Shown here piece after piece: positions 8,333-18,581 of a stretch of DNA of 64,000 nucleotides (position 1 is its first letter; every line of letters starts with the position of its first letter). The translations under genes were made by a program, and so were the position numbers. Below the pieces are notes generated by a model. That model saw only the letters and a program-made list of their open reading frames with translations. It made no database searches and was not told the DNA's origin. This stretch comes from Acidobacteriota bacterium (GTDB taxonomy: Bacteria; Acidobacteriota; UBA6911; RPQK01; JADFOI01), in contig OY760074.1 of assembly GCA_963663035.1 (NCBI GenBank), positions 2,976,001 to 3,040,000 of the forward strand. The letters are read 5' to 3'.

Positions 8333-11169
8333 TGTCGCAGAGAATAAACACCGGATTTATTCAAGCTCTGGTTAAACGTGACCTCCGGAAATATTTCACC
8401 AATCCCACCGGTTACGTTTTCATCACGCTTTTTATTTTTCTCAGTGCGGCAGCAGCCTTCTGGCCCAATCGCTTTTTCCTCAACAATCTGGCTAACCTGA
8501 ACCAGTTGAACGCCGTGTTTCCCTATCTCCTGGTGTTCTTTATTCCGGCCTTAACCATGGCAGTATGGGCTGAGGAAAAAAAGCAGGGAACAGATGAGCT
8601 GCTCTTGACGCTTCCAGCGACCAGCCTTGAAATCGTTTTAGGCAAGTACCTGGCCACTCTGGGAATCTACACAGCTTCACTGCTGCTGTCCTTAAGCCAC
8701 GTCTTGGTCCTGTTCTGGCTGGGAAGTCCGGATCTGGGTCTGATGTTCAGCAATTATGTCGGTTATTGGTTGATCGGCGCGGCCATGATTTCCCTGGGAA
8801 TGCTGGCCTCTCTTTTGACCTCTAACGCAACCATTTCCTTTGTCCTTGGAGCTGCTTTGTGTTCCTTTTTTGCATTCATTGAGTCGGTAGCTGCCGTGAG
8901 TGAGAGTCTGGCTCGACTCCTGTCCCCTTTGGGTGTCTTTGACTCCTTCACTGACTTTTCCCTAGGGGTCATGAGCTTTTCAGGGCTACTTTATTTTACC
9001 TCCATGACGGCCTTGCTACTCTACTTCAATGTTCTGCTGCTGGAAAAAAGGCACTGGCCCCGCCAGGCGGAGGGGCATCCCATGTGGTTGCACCATCTGA
9101 TCCGGACAGTAGCGCTCATCATTGTAGTCATCAGCATCAATGTCATCCTGGGAAGGACCAGCGTGGCCCGAGTAATGCGCCTGGATACTACAGCCGAGCG
9201 GCTCCATTCGCTCAGTGGCGCAACAAGGGAATTGCTCGCAGATCTCCCCGAAGACCGCCCTGTGTTTATCCAGGCCTTTGTGAGCCCGGATATGCCGGAA
9301 CAATTGGTGCAAACCCGCGAAAACTTACTGGGAGTCCTTAATGAAGTGGATTCCATCGGTGGAGCCAGCGTACAAGTGCTGATTGAAGAAACCGAGTCCT
9401 TCACCCAAGCAGCACGTGATGCTCGAGAAAAGTTTGGAATTACCCCAAGACAGGTGCCCAATCTGGGAAGTGCCCGAGCCGGATACTCCGAAGCCTTCAT
9501 GGGCTTAGCCTTTACTAGCGGCGCTCAGGAACACGTGATTCCCTTTCTAGACAGAGGGTTGTCTGCAGAATATGAAATCACGCGAAGTATTCGTGTGATT
9601 GCCCAGACAGACCGCAAGAAGATCGGAGTGCTGGACACCGAAGCCAAGATCTTTGGCGGATTCGACTTTCAGACCATGCAAACCACCACGCCATGGTCGG
9701 TGGTAGAAGAACTGAAGAAACAGTATGAAGTCGTTCGGGTTATCTCTACCGGACCTATCCCGGAGGATCTCGACGGATTACTCGTCGCTTTGCCCTCTTC
9801 CCTCCCGCAACCGCAAATGGACCGTCTGCTCGCCTACATTGAGGCAGGAAATCCTACCCTGCTGTTGATCGACTCTTTACCCGTGATCAATCTCTCACTC
9901 GGCCCGTCAGAGCGAGCCGGTGCCAATATGAATCCTTTTCTGGCACAGCAGAGTGCTCCGCCTGAGGAAAAAGGGAATATCCAAGCGTTTATGTCCAAGA
10001 TTGGAGTCAGTTGGAATTCTGCCAGTGTCGTTTGGGATTCCTACAATCCTCATCCCAATCTTGCCCAACTACCTCCTGAATTTGTCTTTGTCGGCAAGGG
10101 AAATGAAAACTCCGAAACCTTCAATGAGCAGCACCCGAGTAGCGCCAGTTTGCAGGAACTGGTCTTGTTGTATCCTGGACAAATCGATCAGGCGGCCGGC
10201 ACCGACTACGAGTTTGAGCCGCTGCTGAAGTCGGGTTTTATCTCTGGACAATTCAGCTATTTTCAAATGGTCCAGGAGACCTTTCTGGGATTGCAGGTCA
10301 TCCATAATCTTCCCTATCGACCTGATGACAGGGACTACGTCCTGGCTGCCCACATCCAGGGACCGAAAGAGAGCACTGAGGCTGAAGTGACCATCGACGC
10401 TGAAGTGGCCACCGACGCTGAAGTGGCCACCGACGCTGAAGTGGCCACCGACGCTGAAGTGACCACCACCGACGCTGAAGTGACCACCCAGGAGATTGAG
10501 AGCAGTTCCGAGGATTCCACCGCGGAGGAAACCGATGAAGGCCCTGCCCCAGCTAAACCTCTGGACGTCATCATCATCGCCGACCTGGACTTCATTTCCG
10601 AGCAATTCTTTCAGATCCGAGCAGGGGGACTGGAGAACCTCCACTTCGACAACATCACCTTCTTTCTAAACAGTATCGATGTCCTCATAGGTGATGAGTC
10701 CTTCATCACCTTGCGCAACAAGCGAGTTCGACACCGAACCTTGGAACGGGTTGAGGACCAAACTCGCAACTTTATCGCGGAGGGCCTGCAGAAGGAAGAG
10801 GAGGCCGAAGCGGAAGCGGACCAGGCTCTGGCCCAGGCTCAGCAGCGGCTAACTGAAAAGGTCGAGGAGGTACGGCAACGCCCAGATCTGGACGCTCAGA
10901 CCAAACAGATTATGGCTCAAAATATCCAGGAGGTGGAGAACCGTCGATTTGAGGTTTTAAGGGCCAACATCGAAGCGGAAAAAGAGGCAAAACTCAACAG
11001 TAGCAAGGAGAATATGGAAGAGCAGATCCGGAGAATTCAGGGCAACATCAAAACCTTCGCGGTCATGCTGCCACCAATCCCTGTCTTTGCTCTGGGCGTA
11101 CTGATTTTTGTGCGCCGCCAGCGTCGGGAAAGGGAGGGGGCCGCAGCCGCTCGCAGACTGAGGGCATAG
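8329..11169 (+). CDS. Fused ABC-2 permease and Gld auxiliary component (GldF-GldG-like)
   Basis: YFTNPTGYVF, PALTMAVWAEEKKQGTDELLLTLP permease, then RLDTTAERLHSLS, EYEITRSI, IIIADLDF GldG-type motifs and a C-terminal TM. Confidence 0.88.
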   Translation: MMSQRINTGFIQALVKRDLRKYFTNPTGYVFITLFIFLSAAAAFWPNRFFLNNLANLNQLNAVFPYLLVFFIPALTMAVWAEEKKQGTDELLLTLPATSLEIVLGKYLATLGIYTASLLLSLSHVLVLFWLGSPDLGLMFSNYVGYWLIGAAMISLGMLASLLTSNATISFVLGAALCSFFAFIESVAAVSESLARLLSPLGVFDSFTDFSLGVMSFSGLLYFTSMTALLLYFNVLLLEKRHWPRQAEGHPMWLHHLIRTVALIIVVISINVILGRTSVARVMRLDTTAERLHSLSGATRELLADLPEDRPVFIQAFVSPDMPEQLVQTRENLLGVLNEVDSIGGASVQVLIEETESFTQAARDAREKFGITPRQVPNLGSARAGYSEAFMGLAFTSGAQEHVIPFLDRGLSAEYEITRSIRVIAQTDRKKIGVLDTEAKIFGGFDFQTMQTTTPWSVVEELKKQYEVVRVISTGPIPEDLDGLLVALPSSLPQPQMDRLLAYIEAGNPTLLLIDSLPVINLSLGPSERAGANMNPFLAQQSAPPEEKGNIQAFMSKIGVSWNSASVVWDSYNPHPNLAQLPPEFVFVGKGNENSETFNEQHPSSASLQELVLLYPGQIDQAAGTDYEFEPLLKSGFISGQFSYFQMVQETFLGLQVIHNLPYRPDDRDYVLAAHIQGPKESTEAEVTIDAEVATDAEVATDAEVATDAEVTTTDAEVTTQEIESSSEDSTAEETDEGPAPAKPLDVIIIADLDFISEQFFQIRAGGLENLHFDNITFFLNSIDVLIGDESFITLRNKRVRHRTLERVEDQTRNFIAEGLQKEEEAEAEADQALAQAQQRLTEKVEEVRQRPDLDAQTKQIMAQNIQEVENRRFEVLRANIEAEKEAKLNSSKENMEEQIRRIQGNIKTFAVMLPPIPVFALGVLIFVRRQRREREGAAAARRLRA
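10378..10488 (+). repeat. In-frame 18-bp VNTR (about 6 units, DAEVAT) in the GldFG-like gene
   Basis: gacgctgaagtggccacc x3 exact, plus three variant units (one of 21 bp). Confidence 0.95.
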
Positions 11170-11171
11170 TC

Positions 11172-12542
11172 ATGGGTGAAACAAAGAAAACAATGACCTG
11201 GGCCGGTGCAGCTGTCTTGTTGCTGGTGCTGGCCTTCCTGACGGCACCGAGAGGGGTTACCCCGGACGCGTTCCTGGATCAAGGCGAGGCCTTTTTTCCT
11301 GAATTCACGGACCCCAATGTTGCTACCACCCTGGAGGTCATAGAATTTGACGAGGAGACGGCAGCTTCCCGACCCTTCAAGGTGACCTTTACCCAGGGAA
11401 AGTGGACCATACCCTCGCACCATAACTATCCCGCTGACGGACAAGACCGGTTGGCCAGAACGGCTGCCGGCGTTATCGACATCAGGAAAGATGATTTTCG
11501 TTCCAACAATGTGGCAGACCACGAGGCCTGTGGTGTGATTGACCCTTTGGACCAAACAGTCACCACTCTCAAGGGCCGGGGAAAGCGCGTCACCATCAAG
11601 GGAGAAAGCGATCAAGTCCTGGCAGACTTGATCATCGGAAGCAGTCTGGAAGGCAGGGAAAACTTTCGCTTTGTCAGGATTCCCGATCAGAAAAGGGTCT
11701 ACGTGGCCCGTATCAATATCGACATATCCACTGAATTTGAAGACTGGATTGAACGCGATCTGCTGCAAGTCGACCAGCGCAACATCCAACAGATTACTTT
11801 AAACGACTACTCGGTTAACGAACGGACCGGCACCATCAATCAAGGCGAAGTGGTCATACTCGACAGGACAGATGACACCTGGAGCGCCAATGGCATGTCC
11901 TCCAACCAGGAGGTGGACTCTACCAAGATCACAGACTTCTTAAGAGCAATCGATGAACTCCCCATTGTTGGTGTGCGACCAAAACCGGAGGGTCTGTCTA
12001 AGAATCTCAGTCGGTCTGAGGAAGGAAGCGAAATCTCTCCGGCAGATGTTCTTTCTCTGCAGAGCAAAGGGTACTACTTCACAAGAGATAGTAATCTGGT
12101 CTCCAATGAAGGTGAAGTGGAGGTACAGACAAGCCAAGGAGTGATTTACACCCTGCGCTTTGGTGAGATCCTCTTTGGTACTGGTGAGGCCGTGACGGCA
12201 GGCACCAACTTCAGCAGCGAGGAGGATACAGAGAGTGGCCCCGGCGAGAATAGATACCTGTTTATCACGACATCGTTCGACTCGAAGCGGTTTCCCGAGC
12301 CAGCTCAGCCTGGCAGCACGGATTACCTGAACAAGCCCGAAGAGGATTGGACCGATGCCGATCGAAAGAATAAAGAGCTCCAAGACAGCCACGACCAATG
12401 GCAGCAACAGATGACAACAGGCCAGGAGCTTTCAGATCAACTGAATGCTCGTTTTGCGGACTGGTACTATGTCATTTCTTCAAGCAGTTTCGATAAGGTT
12501 CACCTGAAGCGAAGCGATCTGGTCAAGAGAAAGGACTCTTAA
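11172..12542 (+). CDS. DUF4340-family membrane-anchored protein of the Gld-like ABC system
   Basis: N-terminal TM, WTIPSHHNYPAD, FVRIPDQKRVY, DWIERDLL; typical position after a GldG-like gene. Confidence 0.75.
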   Translation: MGETKKTMTWAGAAVLLLVLAFLTAPRGVTPDAFLDQGEAFFPEFTDPNVATTLEVIEFDEETAASRPFKVTFTQGKWTIPSHHNYPADGQDRLARTAAGVIDIRKDDFRSNNVADHEACGVIDPLDQTVTTLKGRGKRVTIKGESDQVLADLIIGSSLEGRENFRFVRIPDQKRVYVARINIDISTEFEDWIERDLLQVDQRNIQQITLNDYSVNERTGTINQGEVVILDRTDDTWSANGMSSNQEVDSTKITDFLRAIDELPIVGVRPKPEGLSKNLSRSEEGSEISPADVLSLQSKGYYFTRDSNLVSNEGEVEVQTSQGVIYTLRFGEILFGTGEAVTAGTNFSSEEDTESGPGENRYLFITTSFDSKRFPEPAQPGSTDYLNKPEEDWTDADRKNKELQDSHDQWQQQMTTGQELSDQLNARFADWYYVISSSSFDKVHLKRSDLVKRKDS

Positions 12543-12704
12543 CCGCCCACTGAAACGGGTGCGAACCCCTCCACAGAAGTCAACAGTGACAGCGCTCACT
12601 GAAAGTCAACCCTCCTCCTGTGTCTACTGTAGGTACTCTTGTAAAATGTCGGACAGCAGTGAGTGGATGAAATCTCTCGCTGCTCAAACTTCCGGTCGAC
12701 GACT

Positions 12705-15116
12705 ATGAGCAAGCCAGAAGAAGACATTTCCGAGGCTGTGAAAGAGAAGAGTTCCAAGGCCGCAGATGCGAACGAAACGGGAGTCGTCCTTGCCGGTGAG
12801 GTCTTACCCGCTTCACTTCCCATTATGCCCATAAGGCCTCGTCCTCTTTTTCCAGGCATCCATATTCCCTTGGCAGTCAGAGAGGATCAGCTCTCTGTAG
12901 TGGAGTGGGCATTGGAGTCAGCCCCTCAAACTTTGGGGTTGGTACTGGTAAGGGATGTGGAAGGAGAGGACAGTACAAAGAACCTTTACCGGGTGGGCGT
13001 AGCGGGCAAGATTCTCAAGGCCATTAAGGAGGATCAGGGAAATGCTCATGTCCTGATCAGCTGCCTGGAACGCTTCACAATTCAGGAGGTAGGAGAGACC
13101 CCCAAGGGACTCCTGGCACGGGTTAAGTATCACCATGCCGCGGAACTCTCTCCAAACCAGGAACTGAAGGCATACGCCATGGCTATCATTTCCACTCTGA
13201 GAGAGCTCACCAGCCTCAATCCCCTCCATGCTGAGACAATCAGGCTATTTCTCAGTCGCTCTTCACTGGATGATCCAGGAAAGTTGGCAGACTTTGCTGC
13301 AAGTTTAACCACAGCAGATGGGAAAGAACTGCAGGGAATCCTCGAGGCCTTTGACGTGCGCAAGCGTATAAATCGAACGCTAGTGCTGCTGAAAAAGGAA
13401 CTGGAAGTGTTCAAGCTGCATCAGAGGATCACCAAGCAAATTGAAGAAAAGATGACCTCGCAACAGCGAGAGTTCTTCCTCAAAGAGCAGCTGAAAGCCA
13501 TCAAACAGGAACTGGGGATTGAAAAAGAGGGGAAAGCTGCTGAGATCGAAAGGTTCCAGGAAAGGCTGGAACATTTAAGCCTCAATCCAGAAGCCCAGCA
13601 AGCCATCGATGAAGAAATGGGTAAGCTGAAAATCTTGGAGCCACTTTCTCCTGAGTATACGGTTACCCGAAACTATCTGGATTGGCTCACGATTTTACCT
13701 TGGGGAAAACAAAGTCAGGACAACTACGACTTGAAAAGAGCCAAAGAGATACTCGATCGTGACCATTTCGGGCTGGAAGATGTCAAAACTCGGATCTTGG
13801 AGTTTATCGCGGTGGGGAAAATGAAAGGGGACATAGCAGGTTCGATCCTGTGTCTTGTGGGACCTCCAGGTGTCGGGAAGACTTCGATTGGAATGAGCAT
13901 GGCTGATGCTCTGGACCGCAAGTTTTTTCATTTTTCCCTGGGAGGAATGAGAGACGAAGCAGAAATTAAAGGGCACCGCCGCACCTACATCGGGGCAATG
14001 CCGGGGAAATTTATCCAGGCCATGAAGAGCGTAGGCACTTCTAACCCGGTCATTATGCTGGATGAAATTGACAAAGTCGGAGCCTCCTTCCGTGGCGATC
14101 CAGCCTCGGCGTTGCTAGAGGTCTTGGATGCCGAACAAAATCCCTACTTTCGCGATCACTATCTGGATGTACCGTTCGACCTTTCGAATGTGTTGTTCGT
14201 GACAACTGCCAATCAACTTGACACTGTTCCGGCTCCCTTGATCGATCGCATGGAGGTCATTCGCCTATCAGGATATATCCTGGAAGAGAAGGTAGAGATT
14301 GCTCGTCGTTTCCTGATACCGAAGGCTCTCAAAAACCATGGACTGAAGAAACAACAGCTGAGCATCCGAAAAGATGCCCTGCTGAGAATTGTGGACGGAT
14401 ACGCACGAGAGGCGGGAGTTCGTGCCTTGGAGAAACAGATCAGGAAGATCATGAGAAAGGCCGCCTTGAAGTTCTCCGAGAAGTCCCAAGGGAAACTAGT
14501 CGTGTCCAAGAGCGATGTGGAAACTTATCTGGGAGGTCCGGTTTTCACACAGGAGAAACTTCTTGAGGATCGACCTGGAATCGTGACGGGTCTTGCCTGG
14601 ACTAACTTCGGTGGTGCGACGCTTCAAATCGAAGCCACGGCTGTGGCTAGTGCTCGAAAAGGATTTAAACAAACCGGTCAGCTGGGTAATGTGATGGTGG
14701 AGAGTTCTGAAATCGCCTACTCCTATGTCATGGCCCACCTGAAAGAGTATGGTGCGAAATCAGACTATTTTGACCAGCACTTTGTGCATCTTCACGTACC
14801 CGCCGGCTCGACCCCGAAGGACGGGCCTTCGGCAGGAATCACCATGGCAGCATCGCTGATCTCAATGATTTCACAGAAAAAGGTTAAAAAGAACTTAGGC
14901 ATGACAGGCGAGCTATCGCTTACAGGTCGCGTGCTGCCCGTTGGGGGAGTAAAGGAAAAAGTCATTGCCGCTCGTCGGGTCGGGCTTGACACCCTCATCT
15001 TCCCGGAGGCGAATGAGAAGGATGTCACTGAGCTTCCAGACTATTTGCGAAGAGGCTTGACCTTTCACTTTGCGCGCGACTTTAAAGACGTCTACCGACT
15101 GGCTTTTCAGGAATAA
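12705..15116 (+). CDS. lon: ATP-dependent protease La
   Basis: LON N domain, GPPGVGKTS, LDEIDK, PKDGPSAG catalytic Ser, GGVKEK. Confidence 0.96.
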   Translation: MSKPEEDISEAVKEKSSKAADANETGVVLAGEVLPASLPIMPIRPRPLFPGIHIPLAVREDQLSVVEWALESAPQTLGLVLVRDVEGEDSTKNLYRVGVAGKILKAIKEDQGNAHVLISCLERFTIQEVGETPKGLLARVKYHHAAELSPNQELKAYAMAIISTLRELTSLNPLHAETIRLFLSRSSLDDPGKLADFAASLTTADGKELQGILEAFDVRKRINRTLVLLKKELEVFKLHQRITKQIEEKMTSQQREFFLKEQLKAIKQELGIEKEGKAAEIERFQERLEHLSLNPEAQQAIDEEMGKLKILEPLSPEYTVTRNYLDWLTILPWGKQSQDNYDLKRAKEILDRDHFGLEDVKTRILEFIAVGKMKGDIAGSILCLVGPPGVGKTSIGMSMADALDRKFFHFSLGGMRDEAEIKGHRRTYIGAMPGKFIQAMKSVGTSNPVIMLDEIDKVGASFRGDPASALLEVLDAEQNPYFRDHYLDVPFDLSNVLFVTTANQLDTVPAPLIDRMEVIRLSGYILEEKVEIARRFLIPKALKNHGLKKQQLSIRKDALLRIVDGYAREAGVRALEKQIRKIMRKAALKFSEKSQGKLVVSKSDVETYLGGPVFTQEKLLEDRPGIVTGLAWTNFGGATLQIEATAVASARKGFKQTGQLGNVMVESSEIAYSYVMAHLKEYGAKSDYFDQHFVHLHVPAGSTPKDGPSAGITMAASLISMISQKKVKKNLGMTGELSLTGRVLPVGGVKEKVIAARRVGLDTLIFPEANEKDVTELPDYLRRGLTFHFARDFKDVYRLAFQE

Positions 15117-15122
15117 TCGGGT

Positions 15123-15151
15123 TTGCTTCACCGCCTGAAGTATGCCACTAT
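15123..15151 (+). promoter_or_regulatory. Putative sigma-70 promoter giving a leaderless frdA mRNA
   Basis: TTGCTT-17 bp-TGcCACTAT ending 7 nt before ATG 15159; no SD. Confidence 0.45.
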
Positions 15152-15158
15152 CCCGCCC

Positions 15159-17018
15159 ATGACCGAGGTCTTAACTCATGATCTCTTGATCGTAGGGGGG
15201 GGTGCAGCGGGTCTGAGAGCTGCCATCGCAGCGGTTGAGGTAGATCCCAACTTAGACATCGCCCTGGTGTCCAAGGTTTTTCCGATGCGCAGCCACACCG
15301 TTTCGGCGGAAGGAGGGTCGGCTGCGGTATTACGGGAAGATGACAACCTGGAGCTCCACGGTTTTGACACGGTGCGCGGAAGCGACTTTCTGGCTGACCA
15401 GGATGTGGTCGAACTCTTTGTGAAAAATGCGCCTGAGGAGATCATCCAACTGGAGCATTGGGGTTGTCCCTGGAGTCGTGACAGCGACGGGAAGATCAGC
15501 GCTCGGGCCTTTGGTGGAATGAGCGTGAAAAGAACCTTCTATGCTGCTGACAAGACCGGTTTCCATATGCTGCACGCCCTTTTTCAGACCTCGCTCAAAC
15601 ACGCTAGTATTCACCGTTACGATGAATGGTTTGTCAGCTCCTTGCTGGTGGAAGAGGGACGTTGTGTAGGGGTTACGGCGCTGGATTTGAACAGTGGAGA
15701 GCTCTATCCCATAGTGGCAAGAGCCGTTTTGCTGTGCACGGGAGGTGGCGGCCCTTTTTCAGACCTCGCTCTATTCCTTTTCAGCTCCTTGCTGGTGGAA
15801 GAGGGACGTTGTGTAGGGGTTACGGCGCTGGATTTGAACAGTGGAGAGCTCTATCCCATAGTGGCAAGAGCCGTTTTGCTGTGCACGGGAGGTGGCGGTC
15901 AGATCTTTCCTTTTACCACCAACGCCAGTATCAAAACCGGCGACGGGATGGCTCTGGCCTACCGGGCTGGCGCCGCACTCAAGGACATGGAGTTTGTCCA
16001 GTACCATCCCACCGGACTGCCAGGGACCGGAATTCTGATTACCGAAGCCTCCCGGGGAGAGGGAGGATACCTGGTTAACAATGAAGGGGAAAGATTTCTC
16101 GAGCGTTATATCCCGGGCAAGATGGAGCTGGGACCACGGGACATCCTCTCTCGGTCCATCATGACCGAAATGGAGGAGGGACGTGCCTTCGAAGGCCAAT
16201 ACGGTCAGTACGTTCACTTGGATCTGAGCCATTTGGGAGAAAAACTGATCGATGAGAAGCTCCCATTTGTCAGAGAACTGGTGGTCAAATTCGTAGGCAT
16301 CGACCCCGTCCACGTGCCCATTCCGGTACGCCCCGTGGTGCACTACATGATGGGGGGGGTGAGTACTGACATCAATGGCAAGACCTCTCTTTCCAGTCTC
16401 TCGGCCGCCGGCGAGGTGGCCTGCATTTCCCTCAACGGCGCCAATCGCCTGGGCTCCAATTCCCTGACGGAATGTCTCGTGTTTGGTGCACTCAGCGGAA
16501 GGGCAGCTGCCCAAGATGCCCTGGAGGGACAGCCCGTACCCCAGAACCCGGTTCAGCTGCTGGCTGAAGAGGAGCAAAAGCGCATTTCCGAGAAGTTCCT
16601 GGAAAAGGAGGGCGGTCAGGAACGGGTGAGCTCGCTTCGTGAAGAGATGCATCGGACCATGGAAGAAAATTGCGGCGTTTTTCGTACAGGGAAGGGACTA
16701 CAGGAGGCATGCACGACCCTGAGAGAACTGCGGGAACGCTTTGATGACGTTGTGATTGAGGATCGAGGCCATGTTTTCAATACCGAACTGATAGCTGCCC
16801 TGGAGCTTGACTTCATGCTCGATGCCGCTGAGTGCATCGCTCACTCGGCGCTGGCTCGCGAAGAATCACGTGGGGCTCACTCTCGTCTGGATTTTCCCCA
16901 GCGCTCCGACGAGAAATTCCTCCACCACCTCCTGGCTTACGCAACTCCCCAGGGACCTCGTCTCGAGCAGCAAGCGGTTACCATCACGCGCTGGCCGCCA
17001 CAGGAGAGAAAGTATTAG
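15159..17018 (+). CDS. frdA: Fumarate reductase/succinate dehydrogenase flavoprotein (contains a 49-codon in-frame duplication)
   Basis: GGGAAG, RSHTVSAEGG (covalent FAD His), QYHPT, TEASRGEGG, HYMMGG, GANRLGSNSL, REESRGAH. Confidence 0.92.
   Translation: MTEVLTHDLLIVGGGAAGLRAAIAAVEVDPNLDIALVSKVFPMRSHTVSAEGGSAAVLREDDNLELHGFDTVRGSDFLADQDVVELFVKNAPEEIIQLEHWGCPWSRDSDGKISARAFGGMSVKRTFYAADKTGFHMLHALFQTSLKHASIHRYDEWFVSSLLVEEGRCVGVTALDLNSGELYPIVARAVLLCTGGGGPFSDLALFLFSSLLVEEGRCVGVTALDLNSGELYPIVARAVLLCTGGGGQIFPFTTNASIKTGDGMALAYRAGAALKDMEFVQYHPTGLPGTGILITEASRGEGGYLVNNEGERFLERYIPGKMELGPRDILSRSIMTEMEEGRAFEGQYGQYVHLDLSHLGEKLIDEKLPFVRELVVKFVGIDPVHVPIPVRPVVHYMMGGVSTDINGKTSLSSLSAAGEVACISLNGANRLGSNSLTECLVFGALSGRAAAQDALEGQPVPQNPVQLLAEEEQKRISEKFLEKEGGQERVSSLREEMHRTMEENCGVFRTGKGLQEACTTLRELRERFDDVVIEDRGHVFNTELIAALELDFMLDAAECIAHSALAREESRGAHSRLDFPQRSDEKFLHHLLAYATPQGPRLEQQAVTITRWPPQERKY
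15634..15898 (+). repeat. 118-bp direct repeat inside frdA (15634-15751 = 15781-15898)
   Basis: Identical copies 147 bp apart; junction 15751-15771 copies 15576-15596. Confidence 0.95.
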
Positions 17019-17068
17019 GCTGATGGATTTGCGCTGAGTGCCTCACTTCCTAAAGCGAAGGGTTGCCC

Positions 17069-17809
17069 ATGAACAAGATCAATATCACGGTCACACGCTA
17101 CAACCCAGAGAAGAGTTCTGAGCCTTATCAGCAAACCTATAGCATCCCTTTCAGTGAGGATATGGTGGTCCTTGATGGACTGAACTACATCAAAAACAAG
17201 GTGGATGGAACTCTCACTCACCGCTGGTCCTGTCGGATGGGTGTTTGTGGCAGCTGCGGCATGATGGTCAATGGCAGTCCCAAACTGACCTGTGAAACCT
17301 TCCTTCGAGACTACTACCCAGGAGATGTTCATGTCGGACCGCTGGACAATTTCAAAGTGATTCGCGATCTGGTCACTGACCTGAGCGATTTCATGGAGAA
17401 GCTCCAGGAAATCAAGCCCTGGATCATCCGTAAAGAGGAAAAACCCCTGGAGGAAGGTGAGTATCTGCAGTCACCGGCTGAGCTGAAGCAGTACCAGCAA
17501 TTCAGTATGTGCATCAACTGTATGATCTGCTACGCGGCTTGCCCAGTCTATGGCCATGACTCGAGCTTTCTGGGACCGGCCGCCATCGCCCTGGCCCACC
17601 GCTACAACATGGATTCACGGGATGAGGGCCAGGATCAGCGCGCCGAGATCATCGGAAGCAGCGAAGGGATCTGGGAATGCACCTTTGTGGGCGAGTGCAC
17701 TCGAGTTTGTCCCAAGCACGTTGATCCAGCAGCAGCCATTCAGCGTTCAAAAGTACAGCTCACCAAGGAGTACTTCCTCTCCCTGATCTGGCCCTGGGGG
17801 AAGCCATGA
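17069..17809 (+). CDS. frdB: Fumarate reductase iron-sulfur subunit
   Basis: SCRMGVCGSC, CINCMICYAACP, CTFVGECTRVCP. Confidence 0.93.
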   Translation: MNKINITVTRYNPEKSSEPYQQTYSIPFSEDMVVLDGLNYIKNKVDGTLTHRWSCRMGVCGSCGMMVNGSPKLTCETFLRDYYPGDVHVGPLDNFKVIRDLVTDLSDFMEKLQEIKPWIIRKEEKPLEEGEYLQSPAELKQYQQFSMCINCMICYAACPVYGHDSSFLGPAAIALAHRYNMDSRDEGQDQRAEIIGSSEGIWECTFVGECTRVCPKHVDPAAAIQRSKVQLTKEYFLSLIWPWGKP

Positions 17810-18228
17810 GTCAAAAAGAGACGCACCGGGACAACCTGCTCTATCAACCTCGCATGCGCCCATGGTGGTGGTTGCACAACAGGAATTATTTCCTGTTTAT
17901 GATCCGTGAACTCTCGGCTGTCTTTGTGGCTCTCTTTGTCTTGATTTATCTGGTGGGAGTTTACCGGTTAACTCAAGGTGAAGACGCTTATCAACTTTAT
18001 CTCAGTGCCCTTCAGACCCCTTTGGCGCAAGTACTCTTTGTCATCATCCTTCTGTTTTGCCTCTACCATTCCCTGACCTGGTTTCAGCTAACACCTATGG
18101 TGATGGTTGTACGCATCGGTCAAAAAGTGGTTCATCCAATGCTGGTGCTGGCAGCCAACTACCTCGCCTGGATCGTGCTCTCGCTGATCCTCTACTATCT
18201 CTTTGGTGGGAATTTAATATGGCTGTAA
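17806..18228 (+). CDS. frdC: Fumarate reductase membrane subunit C
   Basis: WW..YFLFMIRELSAVF, LYHSLTWF; 3 TM; E. coli FrdC-like. Confidence 0.85.
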   Translation: MSQKETHRDNLLYQPRMRPWWWLHNRNYFLFMIRELSAVFVALFVLIYLVGVYRLTQGEDAYQLYLSALQTPLAQVLFVIILLFCLYHSLTWFQLTPMVMVVRIGQKVVHPMLVLAANYLAWIVLSLILYYLFGGNLIWL

Positions 18229-18581
18229 GAGTCAAGACCACAGATCCCATCTGGTGGGCACTGTTTTCAGCAGGGGGAACGCTGGCCGCTTTTCTCCTAC
18301 CGGCTCACGTTCTCCTCACAGGAGTGGGAATCGCCTTTGGCTGGGTTTCCCCACAGATCCTCGCTTACCAGCGCCTCATCATCTTACTGGAGCATCCTCT
18401 TTTAAAGATTTACCTCTTTCTCCTGATCTCGCTGCCGCTTTTTCACTGGGCCCATCGCTTTCGATTCGTGTTGATGGACCTGGGACTCAGGAATCTGAAA
18501 ACTCCTGTTGCAGTCCTCTGTTACGGAGGGGCTGTGGCGGGGACAGTCCTGGCAGGTCTCTTGCTCTTCGTCTCCATCTAG
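18219..18581 (+). CDS. frdD: Fumarate reductase membrane subunit D
   Basis: DPIWWALFSAGG, LPLFHWAHR; E. coli FrdD-like. Confidence 0.87.
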   Translation: MAVRVKTTDPIWWALFSAGGTLAAFLLPAHVLLTGVGIAFGWVSPQILAYQRLIILLEHPLLKIYLFLLISLPLFHWAHRFRFVLMDLGLRNLKTPVAVLCYGGAVAGTVLAGLLLFVSI

